From Pseudovirgaria hyperparasitica (Eukaryota): DNA of 64,000 nucleotides. Both the position numbers and the translations under genes were made by a program. The stretch is taken from assembly GCA_010093815.1 (NCBI GenBank), contig ML996566.1. One strand, written 5' to 3'. This document shows, one piece after another, positions 23,401-36,196 of the stretch. The notes below the pieces were generated by a model. That model was not told where the DNA came from and did no database searches. It saw only the letters and a list, made by a program, of their open reading frames with translations. The first letter of the stretch is position 1. Each line of letters begins with the position of its first letter.

Positions 23401-25510
23401 GTCCCATGTGCATTTGAAGTCAAATGCTCCCGAATCTGAGATACAAGGTCTTCTCTATACTTGTGCAATGTACGCAATTCTTCCACCTTGTAGTTTATGT
23501 AGAAATCGACGGCTGATGACATGTGCTCGGAGTTAGGTGCGAGCCGCAGATGTGCCAATTTCGGTATCTGTTGAACCAGAACTTCGATTTCGGACCAAGG
23601 TCGACTAGCAACAAGCCAGTTAAGATTACGACTTTCAGTCATTGTCTGCGAGATGAGGTTCAGGAGTCTATCTCGATCGGTCCGACATTCGTCGAGAGCA
23701 TCGACCAGTATATATATTTTGCGAGACTTTACGTCTTGCAGTATGGACTTGAAGATACCGGTCAAAGCATACCAGGCATTGTTACCCTCAAAGAGAGATT
23801 TCCCCGTCTTTTCGTATTGCTGTCTCACATGTTTGAGAAGAGAAGGCTCCTCGTCAATCAAGAGATAGATAATCCCTCTTAGGACAGCAGTGGCGTTATT
23901 CGCGTTTGTATCCGATGCCTGGCAAAAGAAATACGCCAAAACGTAGTCGCGGTAGGGCAAGACCCGAAGACGGTCAATCATGCCGCAGAGGAGCATAGTC
24001 TTGCCTTGTCCAGGATTACCACTGAGCCATAACGATTGAATGCCATCATCATTCAGCCATCGTTGGTATTCGGAGTTATCAAAGATCCACTCGTAACATT
24101 CGCTCACTAAACCTCCTTTCATTGACTCTATACGCTCCTTATCCAATAAGGGCGATCCTGCGCACAAATCTCGTATGCAGGCCTGATCTTTGTCAGTCTG
24201 TCTGTCTTTCTGATACTCTCTTGTCTGATTTCGAACGGCTGACACGGCGTCATCAGCTCCTTTCATAAGTGCAGTCAATGTATCCTGCACTTGTATCGAA
24301 TAATATATATTGACATCATTCTTAACAAGTGTTTCAGCTTGTTCAATGTCATGGATCTGACCAGCCCAATCATCAAATAGGAGGAAGTCGTTGACTATCG
24401 CCTTTACGCGTCGACGGTAGTAACTGATAACGCTCTTCATTTGATACAATAGAAATTTTGAATAGAGGTCCACAACATGCTGTCTGACTTGAATTTGAAG
24501 ATTCGATCCGTTGAGGATAGAGTCCTCCGCGCCAAAGAGACTGATGGCAAGGCTTTCGTACCATTTGGCTCTCAGTATGACGTACTCTAGCCCTTGTCGA
24601 TTTTTCAGTGCCTCGCCGATAGGGTTTTTGATGACCTGTCTTATCGTAAGCAATGTTATCCAGATAGTTGCAAAGTCAAACTGACTTCGATTGCAATGCA
24701 GACGCACGCCCAGGCAATGGCAGCTTCAGTCGATGCCTGAACAGATTTCTTAGCTGCACCTTGGATAGCCTCAATAGCATGGAGGCCAGAATTAAGCTTG
24801 TGTTTAATTCTAGTGTCCTTGTCCGTCCTTTTCAAACCTCGCTCGACTATGCTCTTCATTTGCTTGCGACGCTCGTCAGGATCGCGTACAATGAGGTTTT
24901 TGAAAGATTTGATAGCTTCCGTATCAATTGTGCCTATCATCTTGGCAGAAAGAATGGTCTCGTATCTGCTCGTCAGCTCAGGCTCAGCTTCAGACGCCTT
25001 CTCATAGGCCTCATCCCACAGATCCGCCGGCGCAATCCTAGCGGACTTGTCTGTAGGAAAGCGGCCATCATTGTGTGTGTTATTTGCATCTCGAGTAACC
25101 TTGACCAACTCATGGGCTCTATTCACCAGGAATCGCTGGTTAGTATGGTTGATCTTGCTCTGTTCGACCGATCTCGTTGAATTAGATTCTTCCTTGTCTG
25201 AAATCTTCTGCTGAACGTTGGCTGTCTTCTGTCGTGCTTTTGACTTCATCAGATCGGGGCTTTCGTTATCCTGGGCGTTGTGCTGTTCGTTTGCGGCTTT
25301 CTCTCGTCCAGAAGAATTGAGTGCAGGACTTTCGCCGATGGTTTCAACATTGACAGCGTCTTCATGCAATTTTTGGCCCGTGGGAGGCACAATTTGACTT
25401 GTTGTGGTATGTAGTGCAGGCTGAGCGTGGTTGGCCGGCGGCTGGTCCTTTATTGCCTTGGCTTGTGGCTTCTCATGCCTTCTCAAAAACTTCTGGAACG
25501 ATTTCTTCAT
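20457..25510 (-). CDS. Fungal NLR (HET-E/NWD-like): NACHT N-terminal domain + NACHT NTPase + degenerate WD40 repeats, ~1650 aa; exons 25510-24686, 24635-22683, 22631-20457
   Basis: DLWDEAYE N-terminal motif, Walker A GNPGQGKT, Walker B YILVDALDEC, GTFLWVALV, YFVHQTAKDY, NAPLQIYSSGLLLSP and WD repeats (AIAFSSDGRRL...LWD). The intron 2 donor position is uncertain. Confidence 0.9.
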
Positions 25511-27971
25511 CCTAATTCACATGCCAGAGGCCGTTGAAGAGGTATAAAAGCCTCTGAAAGTCTCCAGAGTGAAGTCAAAACTGAATTCTCTCTATCGCAC
25601 AAAGCTATTAGCAAGGCCCTCATTGACGCCATGAGCGCAATGTCACATATTGGGGCGATCTGGCACGGGCGGCTAGGTACGAAGCCTGATAAGTCGTCGG
25701 CGGCTCCATTTTCTGCAGCCAAGATGAGATAGCATGGGTCTTTCTCCTCTCGAAGATGGTTGATTGGCGGGCATGGCTGCGACTTAAACATGCTTGCGGC
25801 GCAGTACGCGAGGCTGTACTATTTCAGCCTTCAAGGACTGTCTGTCTGACCCCAAGAAGAAGCGCGTCGCAAAAGCAATGCACGATGAAATGTACGTGAC
25901 TTCAGGAGTACATTCAGGCGTGCCCGTGATGGGAGAACGTCTGTTAAGTCAGAACTGAGAAAGTCAGATCATGGTCTGTGCTCCATACATGCGGGCCGAT
26001 TCCTTGCTTGCAATGGCAAGACCATGTCAATTGGCTACACAGCCTTGAAGGTTTGTCTTCGTATACGTTAAAATCTGGAAATAAGAATTTATTTAGGCAC
26101 ACGATAGTTGCAGATTAACAGCGATTCGCGAAGAGTAATATATGAATGAATTATTTCTGCTCGAGTAATCCTTGTGGCTCTCCGCACGCATGATTCAGAA
26201 TTGGCATCATGCAATTTCACTTGCTATGTCGGTATATACAAGGGACCATTCGTTGCAACTGTTTACTACGTGTCAGACCATAATACGCCATTAAGAGATC
26301 GCGGGCTCTGACACGTGAAGCGTGCCTCGAAATACGACTACGTCATTCATAAAATCATAGGTTAGACAGCTCGGCGATTATTTGTGGTGTGGCGGTCTCT
26401 GTAGATGTAGAAGTTGATTGATACATGTACGCTTAGTCACGAGTACTACTGCCTAGTGCGCCATTGTATGTTCTAGGGCCAGAGTCGATGAGTTTGCTCT
26501 ACATCCTCTGCTGGATCCATGAACGTCGTTCTTGGATGGATGTTGTGATACGAACCCTATCTCGTGCTGACAATGCTGAGCGTTCATGATCACCTTGAAC
26601 TCCATGAAGGTCGTCAGATCTTGGACTTCCGACAGTGGGGTGAAGTGCGACGCTAGTTGAAATTGTGCTCTGGTGGCAGATCTAAAATCTTCACGGACCA
26701 CACTCCTTGTCAACACGGGAGAGTTGTTCGCTGCTACACACTGGTGTCTCTTGACAGCTTGGTAATGGATGGAAAATGTCCGTACGAACCATAGGGGATA
26801 TGGATCAAAGAAGAGGCACATCCTCTACCCAATGTTGAACAGTCCTCAGCGGCACATGCTGTTCGTGCATGATCCCGTGACTGGCTAAATGGAATACATT
26901 AACCAAGTTTTGAAATTCTGTTCTCAGATTTTAGATTCAAAAATCTGAGACGATAGGTTCCTTTCAAGCATTCTGCTACAAGTCGTTTTGCAATGCGTCC
27001 AGTCTTGTTTCATTGCTTTGTTCACTAACCCCCAATTTTCGGTGTCTAGTATGTCTTCATTCAGGAACGTAGAGATGTTAATGAGTATGGTGTCCATATT
27101 TTCTCACAAATAGTTTTGACTCTGACTGATGAGTTTCAGATAGTTCCGGGCACGGTCTCCAGATCTCGGCTTGAGTGCGGACATCAGCGGTGGATGAAAG
27201 TTCTACATAGGATGGGTATCCGCTAACTGCTAGTTCTTACTCCTCTGCCACTTTGTGGTCTGTGCAGATTGCTATAATCAGCACACTCGACTATATTTGC
27301 CACAACTGATTCTTGCCACCCTCTCTTCCAAGTAAAGATTTCACTGACTGTATGGTTAAATATTATATCTTGTGTACCAACAAAGATATTCTAGTCCTTA
27401 GAGGACTTTTAGGATACCATTTCGTCCGCCCCAAATCTAAATCTGCTTAGGGTACTTGGAGAGAGACAAGCTTGCCGCTCAATCAAGGTCATTCAAATGT
27501 ACTAATAAGATTCTAGTGTTCTACTACTGCAATCTTGATATCCATATCGCTAGATCGACGACTATTTGATAAAGCCTTGTCTATCACCCCTCTGAGGTCA
27601 CTGGGACGCTCTTGTCTTCCTCTCAGGGGCTAGAAATTTCTACTACGCTGATTTGCTTTTATATCATTGGGTGGTACACTACAGATGTCATTGCTTTAAC
27701 TTCAGACCCATGTTCGACCAGCTGGGCTACCTCACCAATGTTTGGTAAGGGGACGTGCAGTTCCAACCCCTACCGGCGCTCGCTACATATAACTCAAGAA
27801 TTGCCATGTTTCATGGATAGGATATTCTTTATTTTCTCCTGTCACTACCATAAATGAATTCAGCGTTTTGAACCCTGCCACCAACCAGTCCCTTTTCTCG
27901 ATTCCATCACGTAACGACCCTTCCTCGAAGGACCAGAGGGAGGCTGGTGCCACAGGTGATGCATTGACAGA

Positions 27972-29375
27972 ATGGTAGAAAACAAAGGGATCACATTGGC
28001 CATAGTGGCAACTGTATTCTGCATTGCGGCTTTCATCGCAGTGATATTACGATGTTATACTCGGCTACGGATTGTAAAGGCATTTGGACTGGATGATTAC
28101 TTCATGGTCGCCGCTGAGGTATGCGATGGAAGCACACCGCTGGAATGGCCTGTGCTTCTCTTATTCGTGTGCCAGGACTAACAGGCGACCACAGTTCTTC
28201 CACCTCTGGTTCACATCACTGGTCCTTTCGGGCGTCTACTATGGCACTGGCCGACACATGTGGGATCTTACACCAGAAAATGCCGTCACAGCTTGCAAGG
28301 TACGCGTTGGCCTACGTCCGAGTCAACTGCATTGGTACTAAGCAATCGTAGGTATGGTGGCTTTGCTATCTTGGCTATTGCATGTCTATGATCTTCGCTA
28401 AGATCGCTATTGGTCTTTTCCTCCTTCGAATCGCTGTCCAGAAATCTCATATTAGTATTATCTGGTTCACTATCATTCATTCCATCGTTGCTGGGACCGT
28501 TTTTTTCTTTGTTGTCATCTTTCAATGTTACCCTGTCTCTTATTACTGGACTTCCGTCATCCCAGGTGGTAAAGGTTCCTGTATTTCTTTACATGTCTTC
28601 ACTTCACTTGGCTATCTTTATGGGACTGTATGCGCCTTAGGCGACATGATATATGGTATACTGCCAATATTTCTCATTTGGAATGTTGATATCGACCGCA
28701 AGACGAAATTTATCCTGGTGCCTATCCTCGGCATGGCTGCAATGTAAGCCCAGCAAACACAAACACCACATACGCTACTGACATAAAATCAGTGCGAGTT
28801 GTGCCGCTCTCGTCCGCATGGCCTACATGAACCAGCTCCTGGAGCCTGACTTTCTATGTGAGCATTGATTCTTGCATACCTTCTCTGCGCGATAAATTTA
28901 ACACTACCTAGGGTCGACTGTAGACATCGCCATCTGGTCCACCATCGAACCCGGCCTTGCAATCCTTGCGTCCAGTTTAGCCACACTCCGGCCACTTGTC
29001 AAGCAGCTCAGCTCCCGCTTCTCGGCCCTCAAATCTGTCAATAGTAAAGACCTAGACTCACCCGCCTGCAACACCGATCCGACCACCAAATGTCGACGCG
29101 CTCTATCATTCTCACAGCAGACGCAGACTTGCGATCAAACAACTACTATTGGTATCTGGGCTGAGCATGAGCCGCGAGGCCGGACGAAGATGATGATGGG
29201 AGATGTGGAAAGTCAGTGGTCAGACAGCCAGACGGTGGCGGTAAGTAAAAAGGAGAGGGCCGGGATTGGGCGCATTACGGTACAAACAGATATCGAATTA
29301 ATGGACTCCGCGACATTGGTGGGAAGTCCGACGACTATTTGCGCGCCGGGGACCCCGAAGGTAACACGTATATGA
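27972..29375 (+). CDS. PTH11-like (fungal rhodopsin-domain) integral membrane protein without CFEM; exons 27972-28118, 28195-28299, 28352-28743, 28793-28857, 28912-29375
   Basis: LRCYTRLRIVKAFGLDDY, GTGRH, FAKIAIGLFLLRI, FQCYPVSYYW and WSTIEPGLAILASSLATLRPL. Four canonical introns keep frame. Confidence 0.92.
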
Positions 29376-30921
29376 GCTGGGCGCATGATCGTCTTACCTC
29401 TTCTGTATGTTATAAATATATATATTGGTTAACTTGTATCATTCAATGAAATATGATTGTACATTGAGGGTTGTGAAAATTCAGACATGCAGAGATTACA
29501 AGTGTCTAATGGCTACCACATGTCCGTTGATCATTATGACTCGTAATTTGGTAGACTAGCTAGGAGCCACGTAAACTTCCGTCGTTCCTCACGCTTGCCT
29601 AGTCGGCATGAGTATGATCATAATTATAAGCACTATATACATCAACGTATAGCACATTCCGGACTCAAGGGGCACTGATGACCATACATGATTAGGATGT
29701 CCTGTGCCCGATATCAGTCTGCACCAAGGGAACAGGCTATGATTACTTTACCCAGAACAAAATTACACATCACAGCTTGTAGGTGGATGACGAAACTCAC
29801 TCCCCTCAAATAGCTCTATTAGTCACAGACTCTTATCAAAAACTTCACATAATTCGATATAACTTGACGGGAGCAAGTACAACGATTCCTTGGGCTCATT
29901 ACCCTCGTTCCACGATCTGCAGGTGTGCTTACCCTGCAATACCTCCTTACTACCCTATCTCCGAGGCAAAAAGGCTGAAGATATAGGTTACAAAGTCATG
30001 CAATACGCCCATAATCCCTCAAGCTTCTAGTTGTTAAATTCTTGTTTCGAATCCAATTGACAACTTGTGGTTTATTGCTACTGGCTTTAAATTCATGACA
30101 ATACTACCTAAATCTCAGAAAAATAAGCGCTAATAAATGAAGCTACAGAGTTTAGTAGACGTCCGGATATGGATCGAAAATGCTTCATGGATAAATGTAT
30201 AATGGAGGGAACTTGTAAGGACTGGCAACTTAACCACGATTATCTACGCTTCAAGCACATTGATAGTATGTCCCTTTGCAAGGTATAACGACCTCCTTAA
30301 TCTACTTACATGAAATTCCGAGTCCACCCCTCAGAGCCTAACAACTACTTTTTGGAAAGTCATCTTCCACCTTCGTCGCCGCCACGTCTTCTATATTCCG
30401 TACCACCGTTACTTCAATGTAGAGCCGGAAAGATTATTGCCTACCCGCGGCCCGGCAAGAGTGCCATCGGCATCGAACCATGGACTATCTGCATCCAATA
30501 GGGTGCTCCCCAATGGCTATTGCTTCATCGCCGGCTCCGATAGCTTCAAAGCAACTTTCAAGTCTCCTAAGTCAGCGATAATAATGATTTTTAGTCTCAT
30601 AGCTACTGTGGCATTCGAGGGAAGATTTTTCCAGATTAAAGGCAGGGCAGAAGCCGAGCAGTAGAAGCGATTCCACGGTGCTGTTTGAGGATGTAACTTC
30701 AAGAAGGATAAAACAGATAAAAGTACGTGTGACACATAGTGCGTAGTGAAAACAGACAGTGTTGCAGGCCCGGGGTGAGTGTTGGTGTAGTTCCGATCGC
30801 TGGTAGGGGAGCCTTAAGATAGCGCTATGAAGACATACAAGCATTGTCTCACAACGCATGTATCTTAGTATTATGTCTGGCTGCTCGAACACATAATAAT
30901 ATACTTATCTCTTCGATTCTA

Positions 30922-32100
30922 TCAATCATTGATTAATTCCCTCAGGGTCCACTCAATAAATTCTTTTTGTGTCCTCAACCACTCTCTTGCCCCCTCAACC
31001 CGGTAAGAACCCTCCTTTTCACTTTCACCTCTTGCCCGGATAACCTCTTCGCAAGCTCTATCCCGCAAGATTTCGACTCTATAGCTCGCAAATTGCCCAA
31101 ATAGCACCTTTCTATCACTGATATTCCTTACATTCGTCATCACGCTCTCATCTTTGACGTGGGGATCTCGCGGTCTGAAACTTGTCACCATACTAATTCT
31201 CTCCTGCCCACCCTTCGCCGCCGTAGCTTGATGCTCCACATATCTGCCCTGCATAACTACTGCGCTCCCCAACTCGGGGCCTCGCGCCTTCATAATGTCT
31301 CCATCCGCGGCACGGATGTACGTCTCGCCCCCAGACATGCCAGTGCATGGAGAGAGCATTAGTACACATACGAACGGGTAGCAATCCTTGTGCCATCCAA
31401 ACGCACTCTCGCAGTACTTTCCCGGCGTTATTTGTTGACCTGGTGGGGTGCAGTCGTTCTCGGAGCCGTCGGCGCGCACGACAATGTTTGTATGGCCAAT
31501 GTCGTAGTCAAGCGCTGGGACAAGATCGATCCCTGCGATAGTGGATATGAGGGAGATGACGGTGGGGTGGGTCCAAGCCGCATGGGTGAATGGTGCGTGG
31601 CTGTTGCTATCAGTTCGTTCATATACGTGTGAAGTGGCCAAAGGGTCTTACTTTGGACACTGCCCTCTGACCTGTCCAGTCTTACTCCCAGTCTGACAAT
31701 GAAATTTATCAAGCACCTCCTCGTCGAACACTTCTGCTCTCATTTGCCGAATCGCCTCTTCGTTAAACAATGGAAAAGGCTCAGAGAAAGCATTAGGCGA
31801 GATTCCCACATTGCTTTTGCCGAGATCAGCGAGAAGGTGTATTTTCTTGGGAGCTTCATAGTTTAAGTGTTTGGCTGGGTCGAAGACAACTTTGCCTGAG
31901 ATCTTGGCCGAGTCGATCAGGTCGCGTGGAAGATTTGTGAAGCGATCGAGTTGGTGCGAAATGGTAGAGAGCTTAGCCACAGCATGTGAGTCAGATGTGG
32001 AGAAGGAGTCCTGACGCACTGTTTGTGGGTAGATCCCTTGTGTTTGGAACATATTTCGTAGAGCCTGAATTACACTTGGACTCTGGATGACTTGGAGCAC
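30922..32100 (-). CDS. Fe(II)/2-oxoglutarate dioxygenase-like protein; exons 32100-31652, 31600-30922
   Basis: WHKD (HxD), GGET, VEHQA (distal His) and ERISMVTSFRP. Intron GTAAGA...CTGAT...CAG joins two ORFs in frame. The start could be at 32052. Confidence 0.8.
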
Positions 32101-35100
32101 ATAGATACTACTGGGCTGGAGAAGATACCGTGATATTGAGAGATATACAGGACGCGTAAAGGGGATCCGTATATAATACGAAAAACATCAGAATGGATCC
32201 TAGATTGTACATAGAACTTGCACGCGCCAGGGATCGTGGAATAAGAGATTGCCACGTCTTCTGACTTTTCAGGAAACAGAGTCCGAGATCGTAATCTTGA
32301 AGCTTATCGGCTGACACACCGGGCATCGATACGGCAGCTTGGGTTTCGCTGTGCTGTCTTGATTCCGAGGTAGTACTGCATCGCGATTGGTATATACACT
32401 TGAAAGTCATGGAACGAGAAAGTGGTCATCACGGACAGAGGAGAGATCGCAGCTTTGACTATCGGGCCGCTGTAGACGTGCATGAAGAATAGAGCGAGGA
32501 CCATTCCTTCTGATACCGCTGACATCCTGGTGTGGAATGATCCTAGTTGGAGGGCGGTTACCATGAGACCGCCCTCCATCATGCGAAATTACCAAGCTAG
32601 TAGACCACAGTGCTGATGACTGCATCGAATTAGTTTATGAAAGAATCTGTCCGATTTGTTGTGGATTATGTTACTTGGGAAGTCTTAGTCTTCCTAACGT
32701 GGTACTTGTTTCGCACTTTGATACTCGATTCGGAAATAGCTTGGCGAGCCTAATCGACCATGTAGGGAAAAAGCTATAAATAGAACTTGTTACCAAGAAA
32801 TAGTGTCGTTCGCTTTGTACAGTGTAGATCCATTTACAGGATTGTGCGAAGAGTGGTTGATCGTTCGATATCTCTGTCCCAATATGGTCCAGCTAGCCCA
32901 GAGTGTATTGGCTCAAGTCCATGGAGTCCAACAACCACTTTTGGTGATTTTCCGCCGTTTTTCGCGCAATCGAGATGGAGTTTTGGGTAACAATATGAAT
33001 CGCTGTTAAGGAACCAAAGAAGAACCACGTGGCTGCTGACGAGGCTCCTACGGCTCTCTCCCAGCCAAATAGGATCTCTGATGAAGCCTTGCACGCACAA
33101 GTTACAGGTTCCAGCACCAATTTAATCTTCATTCAACGTCCTAGGAACCGCCATGTCTAGCCAATCTTCCTATCTTCGTGTGGTTATACAGCGCTGCTAA
33201 GCGGCATCAACAACGAGCCACCTGAGATGGTCGTATAGTTTCAGTAAGTCGTCTACAAGGCACTTAAAATTCATCTCACGGCCTTGATGTTTCGTATTGG
33301 GATGAGGCAGTATCATTACTTTGGGCCAAGAGTCGTGCCTACTGTGATATTTGTCACATGCAAATATGAGGTTGTGGTATCCTCAATTCATTGTCTTGCT
33401 AACTTATGGTATATTGCGTTCGCCCAAGCGTCTACAACCAGGGTTAGAGTTTGCATCGAAGGGTGTACATCAAGACTGCCTTTGAGGTTTTGCATTGGAG
33501 ATTCACACTTTCCTTTGTTCTGCTAGTCACTTGTGTCAGTGGCACTGTTCTACATGACATCAAGACAATACATGATTTCCCGCTTTGGGCACATATAGAT
33601 GGTGCAGCAGCCACATCCTCATTCTTCATAGCTTTGGTGAGCACGAATATACATACCAAGTATTGTCACGCTATTGTTGCGAAAAGAAACCTCTTGATCC
33701 GGGATACTGACGTATACTATAGCTCCAGAATACTACATAGTCTCGCTGCGAGGGAACCGTTTCCGAGACAAAACAAAGTAATGGTCGATCCCATACGTAG
33801 GCACAGTCTGGATTATCCACCGTTTGGCGTTTTTGGGCGCAAAATGGCACTCTTAGACATTTCAAAGTGCTCACGAGTCTTGTCAATGGTGGAGTACCTG
33901 TCAGCTACAACGCTATCGGAACCACTTGATCTTCTCTTACTGATCAAGCTATGCCCAAACCATGGACCGTACGAAATCGCAATGTTGTGGTTGGAGACTA
34001 CCTTATGTTGGCTGAATCGGATTGATTGGAGTAATGCTCATTTTTCTCTGCTATGGATACACCTCTTTGGCCTCCCTATACAACTCCTGTTACTACTGTA
34101 TCATATCAAAACTTTCCGCTATTCTGTACGCCAGAGGTGGATACAATCGATGTGTATTAGCTATAGAGTTACACGAGGTAGATATGGTCCTTGATATTCT
34201 CGAAGTGAAGTTGTGTGACGCTTAAGAACAATGCCTTGAAGATATGATTTAGGGCAGAGATTGCGGACCAGTGGCTTAGACTCTGTCAATTAAGATCGCT
34301 CTCAGTCAGACTTCCAGGACTTAGGATTCACAAGACGCAAGCATGGAAAGCAGTATGAGTGTTATTGCCATCATACTAACCAGCATCGATTCATAGTCAT
34401 CGAAGAGCTCAATCTCGATTCCCAGCATATGTAACCGTCCCATAAAGAGTATGGTCCTCGCTCGTAGCCAAGTGGCACTACTCCATGTTGGGCGTATCCT
34501 TCGCAGCAGCGGCAATGGGTTTGACATCTGAACAATTATGAAGAATGATTCAGTTGCATGTGGACTCTCGTGCTGCATAACAACCGAGATTCTGTACATA
34601 TGCGTATGTCTATAATCACATAGGAAAGCTTGGCAGCCGGTGAATGTAACTATGGATATACGGATCGCTTGGGCGCTGCACGTTTACGGCTTGCTTCGGC
34701 TGATATTTTATTACGTGGCCTCATTGGACCAGAAGAGTTCTAAGTTTAAAGCTCTAAAAGGATCGCGATTACGTTATCATATTGATTCCTATAGTAGAAA
34801 ATGTAGTAGAAAATTGAGGCTTGCAGATATTAGCATATCACGAAAAACTAGATGGATTGTTTGAACATCGCTCCGACTAGAGTTACTCAGGAGGATTTTC
34901 ATCGAAAACAATCGGTCAATCTCTAGTAAACAAACTTACTCGCTGACATGACCGGTATGTTCCCTCAACCGACCACATATTGCTTGATTCAGCGGATTGT
35001 CTGACATATATTGTTATTGCTTCGTAATGCAATATCTTACACGGCTTATCTGGTTAACCTACATGGCCAGACCCCCAGCTTTGCAGTCTTCCGGATAGCC

Positions 35101-35111
35101 TCGAGAAGAAT

Positions 35112-35794
35112 TCAGCGCTTCTTACCAATATTCTTCTTCGCGGCCTCGGTGTTCTTGAATGGAAAACCACTTGTACGCTTGTCGGCGCCAGTCTTGCGGC
35201 TGATCCTGCCATCACTACTTGCAAACAAAAGACACCATAGACCAACGGCCGCCAGTATGGTGCTGACGCCTGTGGAGAGCCCAAACGCAAAAGATCCCTC
35301 TTCAGTCCACATTGCATAAGTATAGAAGCCCGCAACGGCGTGGTAAACTAAAGTTATGCTCAGAGTAGGTATCGCGAACGGCGCCTTCGGGTCTGATGGA
35401 TCAGTTGTTACACCATTGCCTACAATATTAGCTATGAACAGCCAAAACATACACATCACCAACCGATTTGTAGCCTAGAGCTTAGCGGTATCGATCCAGT
35501 AAGAACTAAATTGAGGATACCTAGGGCTAGGAGAGTGAAGCCAAGAGATCGCGAAAAGTATGTTTCGAGTACGGTTGCCTCTCGGACCTCAGGCGAGAGG
35601 ATGGTCAGAATGATGGTAGGCGACGCCATGAGCGGGATGGCCTGGATTATATTCCATGCTGTCGTGCCATAGGTATAGGCTGCCATGTCAGTAAAGGTCA
35701 AGTGAGGCTACAAGACGCTGCCAAACCGTAGTAGACCTTGCCAGGTTGTTAGAGGCATATCTCGAGAGGGGCGAGTTTATTTCCTTACATCCAT
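35112..35794 (-). CDS. Conserved-looking fungal small membrane protein; exons 35794-35789, 35736-35727, 35679-35464, 35419-35112
   Basis: Spliced product reads MDVYYAYTYGTTAW..., with about 4 TM segments and a basic tail RISRKTGADKRTSGFPFKN. Three GT-AG introns keep frame. Confidence 0.8.
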
Positions 35795-36196
35795 TGCAGA
35801 TTCTGGACTGCGGTTTTCTGGCGCGAGTTGAAGAGGTGATGATGTCAGTTATGTAGAATCGAGGTTCTATGGGAACAAAAGCAAACAATGAGGTTACAAC
35901 TTCCTAAGTTACAGTGCATGTGCGTCATTTCATGCCTGAGGCAGTAGTGTTTTCATCAGTAAGCTAGCGGAGCAGACCTGAGCTCGAAAACTACACCGCA
36001 AAACGAACGCGTTTATCCAAGTCGTGCATTCCCGGTGCTCACCAAGTCGGCTTTTCAAGTATCACGTTTTAGCATTATTAGTGAGTAGATTTAATGATAT
36101 TACATTGGATATTGAATGGTCTTGATGAACACGTAAAGATGCCAGTGGCAGAGCTGTATATAGCATAATCACAGGCGCAACAAATCTATTTGGCAC

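Noticed and set aside
25060..25510. Amyloid signalling motif in the N/Q/H-rich NLR N-terminus
   Set aside because: No clear HET-s, sigma or PP/RHIM-like pattern, and no adjacent effector with a matching motif.
26453..26821. 122-aa minus-strand ORF upstream of the NLR
   Set aside because: No recognisable motif or supporting splice structure.
18576..32100. Secondary-metabolite gene cluster (FAD oxidase, dioxygenase, hydrolase)
   Set aside because: No PKS, NRPS, terpene synthase or DMATS backbone, transporter or pathway regulator; the genes are widely spaced.
33451..34194. 247-aa ORF, or a stop-riddled relic gene on the opposite strand
   Set aside because: Non-ATG start, no motif and no codon bias. 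The antisense frame has many stops and matches no family I recognise; tBLASTn would be needed.
12300..34900. Starship or other giant transposon carrying the NLR and accessory genes
   Set aside because: No DUF3435 tyrosine-recombinase captain or recognisable boundary repeats are in the window.
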